Source: Alphaproteobacteria bacterium (GTDB lineage: Bacteria; Pseudomonadota; Alphaproteobacteria; GCA-2731375). Taken from it: a stretch of DNA of 64,000 nt. Within the stretch, counting starts at the first letter, position 1. Every line of letters starts with the position of its first letter. The position numbers and the translations under genes are program-made. Below, one piece after another: positions 47,043 through 55,977 of the stretch. The DNA is taken from contig CBDDPY010000002.1 of NCBI GenBank assembly GCA_965232515.1, positions 1,280,001-1,344,000 on the forward strand. Reading direction: 5' to 3'. Below the pieces are notes generated by a model. It was not told the DNA's origin. It did no database searches and worked only from the letters and a program-made list of their open reading frames with translations.

Positions 47043-48218
47043 ATGGCCGGGGGGCGACGCGGCTATGACGGGGTCGCCGTCTGCGCGCCGGTGACCGTGC
47101 CGTATGTGCGGCATTCGATCCGCAGCGCGCACTGGTTCTGCGGCCGCGCGCTCGCCGCCCTGATCGAACGGGCCGGCATTGCCAAGTACGACGTCGACGG
47201 CATGTGCGTGTCGAGCTTCACGCTGGCGCCGGACACCGCCGTCGGCCTGACCCAGCATTTGGGCGTGTCGCCCCGCTGGCTGGACCATATCCCCATGGGC
47301 GGCGCCAGCGGCGTTGTCGCATTGCGGCGGGCGGCGCGGGCCGTGCAGGCGGGCGACGCCGAGATCGTCGCCTGCATCGCCGCCGACACCAACCATGTCG
47401 ACAGCTTCCGCCGCACCGTCGCCAGCTTCAGCCAGTTCGCCAACGACGCGGTTTATCCCTATGGCTCGGGCGGGCCGAATGCCAGCTTCGCCTTTCTGAC
47501 CGACCACTACATGCGCGAGTTCGGCGCGCTGCGTGAGGATTTCGGCAAGCTCTGCATCGCCCAACGCGACAATGCGCTCAAGAACCCGAACGCGTTGATG
47601 AAACGGCCGCTGACGCTGGACGCCTATCTTGACGCACGACCGATCGCCGAGCCGTTGCGGCTGTTCGATTGCGTGATGCCGTGCGCCGGCGCGGAAGCCT
47701 TCCTGGTGATGCCGTCGGAACGCGCAAAAGCGCTGGGCCTGCCGTTCGTTACGATCGAGGCGACGATCGAACGGCACAATGCTTTTCCCGACGATCCGAT
47801 CCAGATCCGCGGCGGCTGGGCCGTGGATTGCGACGATTTCTATGACATGGCCGGCATTGGCCCGGACGCGATCGATTTCGTGCAGGCCTATGACGACTAT
47901 CCCGTGATCTGCTTCATGCAGATCGAGGACCTGGGCTTCTGCGCCAAGGGCGAGGCGCCGGCCTTCGTGCGCACCCACGACCTGACCGCCGGCGGCGATT
48001 TTCCGTTCAACACGTCGGGCGGTCAGTTGTCGGTCGGCCAGGCCGGCGCGGCCGGCGGTTCGCTGGGGCTGGTCGAGGCCATCCGGCAATTGACCGGCGA
48101 GACGTTGGGCGCCGTGGTCGAGAACGCGCGGCGCGGCCTCGTGTCGTGCTTCGGCATGATCAACTACGACCGCGGCCTCTGCACGTCGGCCGCGATCTTA
48201 GGCCGAAGCGCGGCATGA
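47043..48218 (+). CDS. Thiolase-fold (SCP-x/Ltp2-like) protein
   Basis: Motifs PLRLFDCVM, AYDDYP, EDLGFC, NTSGGQLS, EAIRQL; the canonical nucleophilic Cys is not evident. Confidence 0.85.
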   Translation: MAGGRRGYDGVAVCAPVTVPYVRHSIRSAHWFCGRALAALIERAGIAKYDVDGMCVSSFTLAPDTAVGLTQHLGVSPRWLDHIPMGGASGVVALRRAARAVQAGDAEIVACIAADTNHVDSFRRTVASFSQFANDAVYPYGSGGPNASFAFLTDHYMREFGALREDFGKLCIAQRDNALKNPNALMKRPLTLDAYLDARPIAEPLRLFDCVMPCAGAEAFLVMPSERAKALGLPFVTIEATIERHNAFPDDPIQIRGGWAVDCDDFYDMAGIGPDAIDFVQAYDDYPVICFMQIEDLGFCAKGEAPAFVRTHDLTAGGDFPFNTSGGQLSVGQAGAAGGSLGLVEAIRQLTGETLGAVVENARRGLVSCFGMINYDRGLCTSAAILGRSAA

Positions 48219-49456
48219 CGACGCCACTGCCGCCGCCGAAGAAGAAGGACCCGGTCAAGCGGACACGGCAGCCGACGCTGCCGCCGGCGAACCGGTCGCG
48301 GGAAGCGCAAGGGCTGACGGCGATGGCGGCGGCCGGCCGCTTCGGGCTGCAGGTCTGCGCGGACTGCGAGACAGTGCAGTATCCGCCGCGACAGATCTGC
48401 GGCAACTGCCTGTCGGACGCGCTGGAGTGGCGCGACGTGCCGGACGCCGGGACGCTGTTGGCCGAGACCACGCTGCGGCATTCGAACGATCTGTTCTTCC
48501 GCGACCGGCTGCCCTGGCGGCTGGGCGTGGTGCGGATGGATGCCGGTCCGTCGGTCGTGGCGCATCTGGCCGAGGACTGCCGGCATGGTGAGCGGGTACG
48601 ACTGGCGCTGGATCTGGACCGCAGCGGTCATGCCGTGATGACGGCGCGGCCGGAAGTGCCCGACTCGAACCAGAAGGACGATCTGCAATTGCGAGAGATG
48701 GCCATCGATCCGAAGAACCGGCGGGTGCTGATCGTCGACGGCAAGACAACGCTGGGCCTGGCGCTGGCCCAAGCCTTCGCCGACGCCGGCGCGCGGGAGA
48801 TCTTTGTGGGACACGCCCAACCGTGGAAGGCGAGCGCCAGCCTGGAGGCCGCGCGGTCGATCAAGAGCGTGACGCTGTTTCCGCTCGACGTGACCGACAC
48901 CGACTCGGTGCAGGAGCTGGCCTCCCTGATCGGCGCGAAGGTCGAGATCCTGGTCAACAACAGCCACCACGTGCGCATGGGCGGCGTGATCGACCGCTTC
49001 GACTTGAACACCTCGCGCGAAGAGTTGGAGGTCCACTATCACGGCCTGATGCGCCTCGCCGGCACGTTTGGGCCGGTCATGCGGTCACGCGGGGCCGACG
49101 GCGCGCATAGCGCCGGCGCCTGGGTCAACGTGCTGTCGGCCTATGCGCTGGTGAACAATCCTGAATTCGGCACCTATGCCGCATCGCAGGCCGCAGCGCT
49201 GTCGCTGTCGCACTGCCTGCGGGCCGAACTGGCGGCGGGCGGCATCCGGGTCGTGAATGCCTTCACCGGCCCGCTGGAAGACGAATGGCACCAGATGGTG
49301 CCGCCGCCGAAGCTGGAGCCGGCGATGGTCGCAAGGCGTATCGTCGACGCCCTGAAGAAGGGTCAGGAGGACGTGCCGATCGGCGCCGTCGCCGAGGAGA
49401 TGATCGCGCGTCTGGCCGAGAACCCGAAGGAGATGGAACGTGCGATCCGGTTGTAG
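48215..49456 (+). CDS. DUF35 (Zn-ribbon/OB-fold) plus SDR-like fusion protein
   Basis: N-terminal LQVCADC...YPPRQICGNC...WR then an OB-fold-like region; C-terminal LDVTD, ILVNN, YAASQ, LRAEL..GIRV. Start overlaps the upstream stop (ATGA). Confidence 0.82.
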   Translation: MTTPLPPPKKKDPVKRTRQPTLPPANRSREAQGLTAMAAAGRFGLQVCADCETVQYPPRQICGNCLSDALEWRDVPDAGTLLAETTLRHSNDLFFRDRLPWRLGVVRMDAGPSVVAHLAEDCRHGERVRLALDLDRSGHAVMTARPEVPDSNQKDDLQLREMAIDPKNRRVLIVDGKTTLGLALAQAFADAGAREIFVGHAQPWKASASLEAARSIKSVTLFPLDVTDTDSVQELASLIGAKVEILVNNSHHVRMGGVIDRFDLNTSREELEVHYHGLMRLAGTFGPVMRSRGADGAHSAGAWVNVLSAYALVNNPEFGTYAASQAAALSLSHCLRAELAAGGIRVVNAFTGPLEDEWHQMVPPPKLEPAMVARRIVDALKKGQEDVPIGAVAEEMIARLAENPKEMERAIRL

Positions 49457-49477
49457 CGTTTCGGGGAGGGGCGGACG

Positions 49478-50275
49478 ATGACGTCGGAACCGACGGACGG
49501 AATCCTCGGCCGGTTCCTGACCGGCATCGTCAGCGGCAGGATCCGCGTGGTCGATTTGACCATGACGCTGCAGCCGGACTTTCCGACCATCACCATGCCG
49601 CCGGAGCTGGGGCAGTCCTGGCCGTTCCGCATGGAGGAGATCTCGCGTTATGACCATCGCGGGCCGGCCTGGTACTGGAACAACCTGTCCTGCGGCGAGC
49701 ACACGGGCACACATTTCGACGCGCCGATCCATTGGATCTCCGGCAAGGATCTGCCGGAGAACGCCACCGACACCATTCCGGTGGAGAAGTTCCTGGCGCA
49801 TGCCTGTGTCGTCGACTGTTCGGAACAGGCGGCGAGCGATCCGGATTTTCTGCTAACCATTGAAATGGTCGAAGCCTGGGAGGCCGAGCATGGCCGCGTT
49901 CCGGCGCGCTCCTGGCTGCTGATGCGGACGGACTGGTCGTGGAAGCGGGACCCGGCCGATTACATGAACATGGCGGACGACGGCGCGCATACGCCCGGCC
50001 CGCACGAGGACCTGGTGCCCTGGCTGATCGCCGAGCGCGACGTCATCGGCTTCGGCTGCGAAGCGGTGGGCACGGATGCCGGACAGGCGCCGCATCTCAA
50101 GGTGCCGTTTCCCTGCCACTATCACATGCACGGCAACAACCGGTTCGGCTTGCCGTCGCTGACCAATCTCGACCTGCTGCCGCCGCAGGGGGCGGTGCTG
50201 ATCACGCCGCCGTTGAAGATCCGCCAGGGCTCGGGCAGCCCGACCCGTGTGCTGGCGCTGGTCGAAGACGGCTGA
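49478..50275 (+). CDS. Cyclase-family (kynurenine formamidase-like) metallohydrolase
   Basis: Motifs EHTGTHFDAPIH, LLMRTDW, GSGSPTRVLA. Confidence 0.9.
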   Translation: MTSEPTDGILGRFLTGIVSGRIRVVDLTMTLQPDFPTITMPPELGQSWPFRMEEISRYDHRGPAWYWNNLSCGEHTGTHFDAPIHWISGKDLPENATDTIPVEKFLAHACVVDCSEQAASDPDFLLTIEMVEAWEAEHGRVPARSWLLMRTDWSWKRDPADYMNMADDGAHTPGPHEDLVPWLIAERDVIGFGCEAVGTDAGQAPHLKVPFPCHYHMHGNNRFGLPSLTNLDLLPPQGAVLITPPLKIRQGSGSPTRVLALVEDG

Positions 50276-50289
50276 CAGGAGGAAAGAGC

Positions 50290-50724
50290 ATGGCGCTGCC
50301 GCAGGATATCTCGCCCGTGAACAGCGAGCTGATGGACACGCTCGCGCGGTCGGCTGAGATGGACTGGATCGAGACGTCGCCGGGCAAGGCCCATATCAAG
50401 GTGCTGTGGCTCGGGCCCGAGACCGGGCGCTGGGCCGTGCTGCTGAAATGGGCCAAGGGTTACGTGGCGCCGCCGCACAAGCACCTCTCGGCCGCGCACA
50501 CCTTCATTCTGTCGGGCAAGCTGCAGGTGCGGGACGGCGTTTTGCAGGCCGGCGACTATGTCTACGAGCCGAACGGCATGGTGCATGACGCAACGACGGC
50601 ATTGGAGGACACCGAGTACCTGTTCATCTGCGACGGGCCCGTGCTGTTCTTCGGCGACGACGGCTTCACCGGCTATCTCGGCTGGGAGCAGCTGGAACGC
50701 CTGCGCGCGAAGGCGTCAGCTTGA
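50290..50724 (+). CDS. Cupin-domain protein (ChrR-like cupin fold)
   Basis: Cupin motifs PPHKH and GDYVYEPNGMVH; start reassigned to ATG 50290. Confidence 0.8.
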   Translation: MALPQDISPVNSELMDTLARSAEMDWIETSPGKAHIKVLWLGPETGRWAVLLKWAKGYVAPPHKHLSAAHTFILSGKLQVRDGVLQAGDYVYEPNGMVHDATTALEDTEYLFICDGPVLFFGDDGFTGYLGWEQLERLRAKASA

Positions 50725-50749
50725 CACCTGTGGGGACGGCTCCTAGCGT
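50721..50749 (+). promoter_or_regulatory. Putative sigma70 promoter for the TRAP operon
   Basis: TTGACA (50721-50726)-N17-TAGCGT (50744-50749); the -35 overlaps the cupin stop codon. Confidence 0.55.
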
Positions 50750-50830
50750 GAATTTCCGATAAGCAAAAACTTGTGAACCGGGTCCCATGTCACCAGCATG
50801 GCCGCCCGACCAACCTTGGGGAGAGAACCG

Positions 50831-51838
50831 ATGCGTCATCAGATCGCCCGAGTCCTGCGCGCGACCATCGCGGGCAGCTTCGCCGGCGCCATGCTGGTCT
50901 CGGCCGCACAGGCCGAGAAGATCACCCTGCACGGCGCGAGCCAGTTCGACGAGAGTCATGCCTTCACGCGGCTCATGCGCAAGTTCGAGGAACTGACTCG
51001 GTTGTATTATGGCGGCGACGCCGAGCTCGAGTTCGTGATGCACCTGAACAGCGAGCTGGGACTGGAGAAAGACTATTTCGCCTACATGAACCAGGGCATC
51101 TCGGTCGACTACGCGATCGTCGCGCCGTCGCACATGTCGACCTTCTCGAAGATGGCGACGCTGCTCGATCCGCCGATGCTTTATCGCGACGCCGGCCACT
51201 GGAGCAAGGTGCTGGCGAGCGACGTGCTGAAGCCGATCGAGGACGACGTCATGAAGCGCGCCGATGTGATGCTGATCGGCTATGGCGGCGGTGGCGTTCG
51301 GCATCTGATCGTCAACAAGCCGGTGACCAACATGGCCGACGCCGCCGATCTGCCGATTCGGGTGATGGGCGCACCGATCCAGACCAAGATGTTCGAGGCG
51401 TTCGGCATGGCGCCGACCGTGATTGCTTATGCCGAGGTCTACAGCGCCATCCAGACCGGCGTGATCGACGCAGCCGAGAACGAGGCAGCCGGCATCCAAC
51501 AGATGAAATTCTACGAGGTCGGCTCGAACATCGCGCTGACGGGACACGCCATCACGGTGCGGCCGCTGGCTTTCAGCGGCAAGACCTTCCGCCGGTTGCC
51601 CGAGGACCTGCAGGTGGCCATTCAACAGGCCGGCCGCGACGCCGGCACCTTTGGCCGGGTTATCGAGCTGACCGAGGGCCGCTCGAAGCTGGCCAAGATG
51701 GAGTCCGAGGGCAAGCTGAAGACGGTGTTCTTCTCCGAGCGCGACAAGCTGATCGACGCGGCGGGGCCGGTGCTGGTCGACTTTTTCAAGGACAACGACG
51801 CCGAGGACCTGTTCAAGGCCATTCAGGCGGTGAAGTAG
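50831..51838 (+). CDS. TRAP transporter solute-binding protein (DctP family)
   Basis: Signal peptide, LPIRVMG, EVYSAIQTGVIDAAEN, KFYEV. Confidence 0.92.
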   Translation: MRHQIARVLRATIAGSFAGAMLVSAAQAEKITLHGASQFDESHAFTRLMRKFEELTRLYYGGDAELEFVMHLNSELGLEKDYFAYMNQGISVDYAIVAPSHMSTFSKMATLLDPPMLYRDAGHWSKVLASDVLKPIEDDVMKRADVMLIGYGGGGVRHLIVNKPVTNMADAADLPIRVMGAPIQTKMFEAFGMAPTVIAYAEVYSAIQTGVIDAAENEAAGIQQMKFYEVGSNIALTGHAITVRPLAFSGKTFRRLPEDLQVAIQQAGRDAGTFGRVIELTEGRSKLAKMESEGKLKTVFFSERDKLIDAAGPVLVDFFKDNDAEDLFKAIQAVK

Positions 51839-51871
51839 GCGGACCGAGTTTTCCGCCAGAATATTGCTGAC

Positions 51872-51898
51872 GACCGGCGGCCGATCCGGCCGCCGGTC
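51872..51898. terminator. Perfect 12-bp intercistronic hairpin (attenuator or mRNA stabiliser)
   Basis: GACCGGCGGCCG-ATC-CGGCCGCCGGTC, followed by TATCTTT, between the binding protein and permease genes. Confidence 0.55.
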
Positions 51899-51945
51899 TA
51901 TCTTTGCCGGCACATCGCCGGCAACCGCGTGACCGCCGAGGACGC

Positions 51946-52422
51946 ATGCGCAACGCAATCGACATCTATTATCGGTTCTTGAAGCTGCTGCTGACGGTGA
52001 TGATGGCGGTGCTGATGGTGCCGGTGACGTTGCAGATCGTCGCCCGCTATATCGGCATCATTCCGCGCTACATCTGGACCGAGGAGATGGCGCGGTTCTG
52101 CTTCATCTGGATCATTCTGATCGGCGCCATGATCGCGGTGCGCGACGGCAGCCACTTCCTGGTCGACCTGCTGCCGGAGCCGCGTACGAAACGCGGCACG
52201 GCGATCGGCCGGATCTTCGTCGACGCGATCATACTCGTCGTCGCGATCATCTTCGTGGTCTGGGGGTGGCCGCTGGTGCAGTTCGGCCTGCTGCAGGAAT
52301 CGGAGATGGCCGGGCTGCCGATGGTGCTGATCTACGCGGCCTGGCCGATCGCCGGCGTGACCTGGATGCTGTTCCTGGGCGAACGCATGGTCGACCACCT
52401 CAAGCTCTATCGGAGCGGTTGA
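51946..52422 (+). CDS. TRAP transporter small permease (DctQ)
   Basis: WTEEMARFCFIW...HFLVD; four hydrophobic segments. Confidence 0.9.
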   Translation: MRNAIDIYYRFLKLLLTVMMAVLMVPVTLQIVARYIGIIPRYIWTEEMARFCFIWIILIGAMIAVRDGSHFLVDLLPEPRTKRGTAIGRIFVDAIILVVAIIFVVWGWPLVQFGLLQESEMAGLPMVLIYAAWPIAGVTWMLFLGERMVDHLKLYRSG

Positions 52423-52424
52423 GC

Positions 52425-53726
52425 ATGGGTCCGTGGGAAGTCGCCGGGATCCTGTTCCCGCTGTTCATCGGGCTCGTCATCCTGCGGGTGCCGGTGGCGT
52501 TCGCGCTGGGGCTGGCCTGCGTGCCGGTGTTCCTGCTGGACGAGCGCCTGACGCCGTTCCTGCTGATGAACGAGATGTTCAAGTCCTACAACGCCTTCGT
52601 GCTGTTGGCGGTGCCGTTCTTCCTGCTGGCGGCCAACATCATGAACGCCGCCGGCATCACCGACCGGCTGGTGCGGCTGGCGCGCGCCATGGTGGGGCAT
52701 CTGCCGGGCGGGCTCGGCCATATCAACGTCGTCGTCAGCATGATGTTCGCCGGCATTTCGGGCTCGTCGACGGCGGACGCGGCGGGTATCGGCTCGCTGA
52801 TGATCCCGCAGATGAAGAAGCAGGGCTTCGCCGCCAGCTTCACGGTCGCGATCACGGCCTGCTCGTCGGTGATGGGCGTGGTCATTCCACCGAGCATCCT
52901 GATGGTGGTGTGGGGCGGCCTGATGTCGGTCTCGATCGGCGGCCTGTTCCTGGCCGGCGTGATCCCGGGCCTGCTGATCGCGCTGTCGCAGATGTTGACG
53001 GTCTATATCTACGCCAAGCTCTACGGCTATCCGATCTATGCCCGGACCTCGCTGAAGGAATTCGCCGCGGCGCTGTTGTATTCCGTGCCGCCGCTGATGA
53101 CGCCCGTAATCATCGTCGGCGGCATCGTCGGCGGTTTCTTCACGCCGACCGAAGCCTCGGTGATCGCGGTGATCTACTCGCTGGCGCTGGGCGTGATCGC
53201 CTATCGCAGTATCGGGCCGAAGGAAATCCCGCGCGCGTTCTACAATTCCGCGCGGTTGGCCTCGATCTCGCTATTCTGCATCGGCACGGCCTCGGCGTTT
53301 GGTTGGATCCTGGCCTATTTCAAGATCCCGTCGGCGCTGGTCGAGGTGCTGAGCGGCCTCGGCGTCGGCCCGACCAGCACCGGACTGATCGTCGCCGGCG
53401 CCTTCCTGTTCATCGGCATGTTCATCGACGCGATCCCGGCGATCATCATCCTGGGCACCGTGCTCTGGCCGGTCGCCGAATTCGCCGGCCTGCATCCGAT
53501 CCACTTCGCCATCATCGGCATCGTCTCGCTGGCTTTCGGCCTGGTGACGCCGCCCTACGGATTGTGTCTGCTGATCGCTTGCGCCATCGGCGAGATCAAG
53601 CTGGTGCAGGCGCTGAAGGATGTCGTGATCGTACTGATCCCGATGTTGCTGGTGCTGTTGTTCATCGTGATCTTTCCAGAGATGATCCTGGCGCTGCCGA
53701 AGCTGCTGATGCCGAAGTTCATCTGA
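52425..53726 (+). CDS. TRAP transporter large permease (DctM)
   Basis: Motifs LLAVPFFLLA, FAGISGSSTAD, IPPSI, FTPTEA, TPPYG. Confidence 0.93.
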   Translation: MGPWEVAGILFPLFIGLVILRVPVAFALGLACVPVFLLDERLTPFLLMNEMFKSYNAFVLLAVPFFLLAANIMNAAGITDRLVRLARAMVGHLPGGLGHINVVVSMMFAGISGSSTADAAGIGSLMIPQMKKQGFAASFTVAITACSSVMGVVIPPSILMVVWGGLMSVSIGGLFLAGVIPGLLIALSQMLTVYIYAKLYGYPIYARTSLKEFAAALLYSVPPLMTPVIIVGGIVGGFFTPTEASVIAVIYSLALGVIAYRSIGPKEIPRAFYNSARLASISLFCIGTASAFGWILAYFKIPSALVEVLSGLGVGPTSTGLIVAGAFLFIGMFIDAIPAIIILGTVLWPVAEFAGLHPIHFAIIGIVSLAFGLVTPPYGLCLLIACAIGEIKLVQALKDVVIVLIPMLLVLLFIVIFPEMILALPKLLMPKFI

Positions 53727-53746
53727 CCCTCGTCGGCCACCCGGCA

Positions 53747-53953
53747 TTACTCGCGCCGGACAATCACGTAGACACGGTTGTCCGGCGCGCCGCAGTTGGG
53801 GCAGGTGACGTAGAGCCGGCGCAACGAGCGGTCCGGACCGAACCGACGGAGCAGGGACTCGGCGTCCAACGTTTGGCCATGCCGGCAGCTGGGACACATC
53901 GTGTGAAAGTCGTGGTCGTCGGCGAAGTCGCCCAGCGTCGGATCTTCCGTCAT
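53747..53953 (-). CDS. Small zinc-ribbon-like protein (CPSC...CPNC), 68 aa
   Basis: MTEDPTLGDFADDHDFHTMCPSCRHGQTLDAESLLRRFGPDRSLRRLYVTCPNCGAPDNRVYVIVRRE; fills an intergenic gap and has its own promoter; alternative ATG at 53965. Confidence 0.7.
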   Translation of the reverse strand: MTEDPTLGDFADDHDFHTMCPSCRHGQTLDAESLLRRFGPDRSLRRLYVTCPNCGAPDNRVYVIVRRE

Positions 53954-53978
53954 CTTCGCCCCCATTTGCGCCAGAGTG

Positions 53979-54023
53979 GTTCTTATTTTGTTCCATTTGG
54001 CGCAATGAGTGCGGTATGTCAAC
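53979..54023 (-). promoter_or_regulatory. Sigma70 promoter with alphaproteobacterial LexA (SOS) box
   Basis: Minus strand GTTGAC (54023-54018)-N17-CCAAAT (54000-53995), then GAAC-AAAATAA-GAAC (53993-53979). Confidence 0.75.
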
Positions 54024-54047
54024 CGATGTCCCCGAGATCACACAGAT

Positions 54048-55235
54048 CTAGGATGCGGTGACAATTCCGTTGCCGATCATTCGGTCGATATCGCCCGAAG
54101 GAAGACCGAGTTCGGTGAGGATCTCGCGGCCATGCTCGCCGAGACGCGGGGCCGGTGATCGCACGGCTGCGGGTGTCTTGTCGAAACGGGCGGCGGGACG
54201 GGGCTGGCGCACGTGGCCAAGGCCCGGCGCCTCGTGCGTCTCGATGATGGCGTTCTCGACGATTTGCGGATCGGCCAGCATGTCCTGTCGCCGCAGGATC
54301 GGCGCGCAGGGCACGTCCTCAGCGGTCAGGCGCGCGAGGATCTCGGCGCTCGGCCATTTGGCGATCTCGGCAGACATGGTGGCGCGGCGGTCGACGATGT
54401 GCTCCGAACGCGCGGCGGCGGTACGGAAGCGTTCGTCCTCGATCAGTTCGGGCCGGCCGAAGGCGCGGCACATGCCGGCCCATTCGGCATCCGACACGGC
54501 ACCGGCGGATATGAAGCCGTCCTTCGTCTCGAAGACCAGATCGAGGCCCATCTGCGCCGTCGCCGGATCGACTTCGCGGCCCACATAGGTTAGCCCGGCC
54601 ATGCCTTCCGGCCAGAGATAGGCGACCATGGTGTCGAGCATGGAAAGCCGGATGTGCTGGCCCTCGCCGGTGCGCTCGCGGTGGAAGAGGGCGGCCGTGA
54701 TCGCCTGCGCCGCCGTCACCGAGGTGGTCTTGTCGGGGATGATGGTGCGGACCATCCGCGGCCGGCCGGTCTCGCGGTCGGTCTGGATATCGGCAAGCCC
54801 GCAGAGCGCCTGGATGATCGGATCGTAGACCCGCTGATGCGCGTAAGGGCCGGTCTCGCCGAAGCCGCTGATCGACACAAAGATGATGTCAGGCCGGATC
54901 TCTCGCACGGCGTCCTCGCCGAAGCCCATGCGTTCGATGGCGCCGGGCCGGAAGTTCTGCACCAGCACATCAGCCGTCGCCAGCAGGCGCCGCAGGACGT
55001 CTTTGCCGACCTCCTGCTTCAAATCCAGCGCCAGCGAGCGCTTGCTGCGATTGCAGGAATAGAACGATGGCGGCAGGCCGTCGTCGCTGCGCCGGAGATG
55101 ACGCATGCGCTCGCCCTCGACCGGCTCGACCTTGATCACGTCGGCGCCCTGGTCGCCCAGCATCATGGTCGCGACGGGGCCGGATACCATGCTGGTCAGG
55201 TCGATCACGCGAATGCCGGAAAGCGGTCCTGTCAT
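54048..55235 (-). CDS. Family III CoA-transferase (CaiB/BaiF)
   Basis: Motifs DLTSMVSGP, GADVIKVE, NRSKRSLALDLK, QNFRPG, YDPIIQA. Confidence 0.92.
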   Translation of the reverse strand: MTGPLSGIRVIDLTSMVSGPVATMMLGDQGADVIKVEPVEGERMRHLRRSDDGLPPSFYSCNRSKRSLALDLKQEVGKDVLRRLLATADVLVQNFRPGAIERMGFGEDAVREIRPDIIFVSISGFGETGPYAHQRVYDPIIQALCGLADIQTDRETGRPRMVRTIIPDKTTSVTAAQAITAALFHRERTGEGQHIRLSMLDTMVAYLWPEGMAGLTYVGREVDPATAQMGLDLVFETKDGFISAGAVSDAEWAGMCRAFGRPELIEDERFRTAAARSEHIVDRRATMSAEIAKWPSAEILARLTAEDVPCAPILRRQDMLADPQIVENAIIETHEAPGLGHVRQPRPAARFDKTPAAVRSPAPRLGEHGREILTELGLPSGDIDRMIGNGIVTAS

Positions 55236-55258
55236 GTGCGGGCCTTTCGTTGTCGATG

Positions 55259-55915
55259 TCAGGGGCCGACCCGGTCGGCGGGCAGGGCGTTACTGGCCTC
55301 GGCCGCGGCATAGGCCGGGCGCGCTTTGGCGCGGTTGACATAGGCGGCGCAGGCGTCGGGCAGGTCAATGCCGTAGCGGTCGGCCCAGTCGAGGCACGTC
55401 GCCAGGAGAATATCGGCCACGCCGAGCCGTTCGCCGAACAGGTAGGGGGCGGCATCCGCGATGCGGGGCGCCATGGCCTCGATCTGGTCTCGGCAATACT
55501 CCTCGGCCGAGGCGACGGCCTCGGGCGCCTGGCCATAGATCTGCGGCAAGTGGCCGTGCCGGCGGATGAGGTAGAGCGTATGCGCGTCGAGCTCGGTCAT
55601 GACGAAATAGCACCACTCGTCAGACCGGGCGATGTCGGCATCGGATTGCGGCAGATGAACGTCCGTGCCCTCGCCGTAACGGCGAAACAGATGCTGCACG
55701 ATGGCAGCGCTTTCGGAGATGCCGACGTCGCCGTCCTGCAAATACGGAATCTTGTGCCGTGGATTGAGGCGCAGATATTGCTCGGTGAGGGTTTCGCCGG
55801 TGCGAGACTGTATCGGCTCAGTCCGGTAGGTCAGACCGAGCTCGTGCAGCGCCCAGTGCACGCGAAAGGCGCGGATCGACACCGCCCCCCAGACCGTGAT
55901 CTCCCCCTGCTGCAT
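55259..55915 (-). CDS. Glutathione S-transferase family protein
   Basis: Motifs RAFRVHWALHELGL, LNPRHKIPYLQDG..ISESAAI, VADIL; start reassigned to 55915. Confidence 0.9.
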   Translation of the reverse strand: MQQGEITVWGAVSIRAFRVHWALHELGLTYRTEPIQSRTGETLTEQYLRLNPRHKIPYLQDGDVGISESAAIVQHLFRRYGEGTDVHLPQSDADIARSDEWCYFVMTELDAHTLYLIRRHGHLPQIYGQAPEAVASAEEYCRDQIEAMAPRIADAAPYLFGERLGVADILLATCLDWADRYGIDLPDACAAYVNRAKARPAYAAAEASNALPADRVGP

Positions 55916-55977
55916 GGCACCACTCTCCCCGTACGCCCCCGACGACTGACAGGATGCCACGCGACGGCGCGAAGATG

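Noticed and set aside
984-48089. Many long antisense or alternative-frame ORFs, e.g. 984..3032(-), 19588..21693(+), 23620..25131(-), 33142..34917(+), 44443..46401(-), 46359..48089(-)
   Set aside because: They mirror well-supported genes, show no family motifs, and are the expected shadow ORFs of high-GC codon usage.
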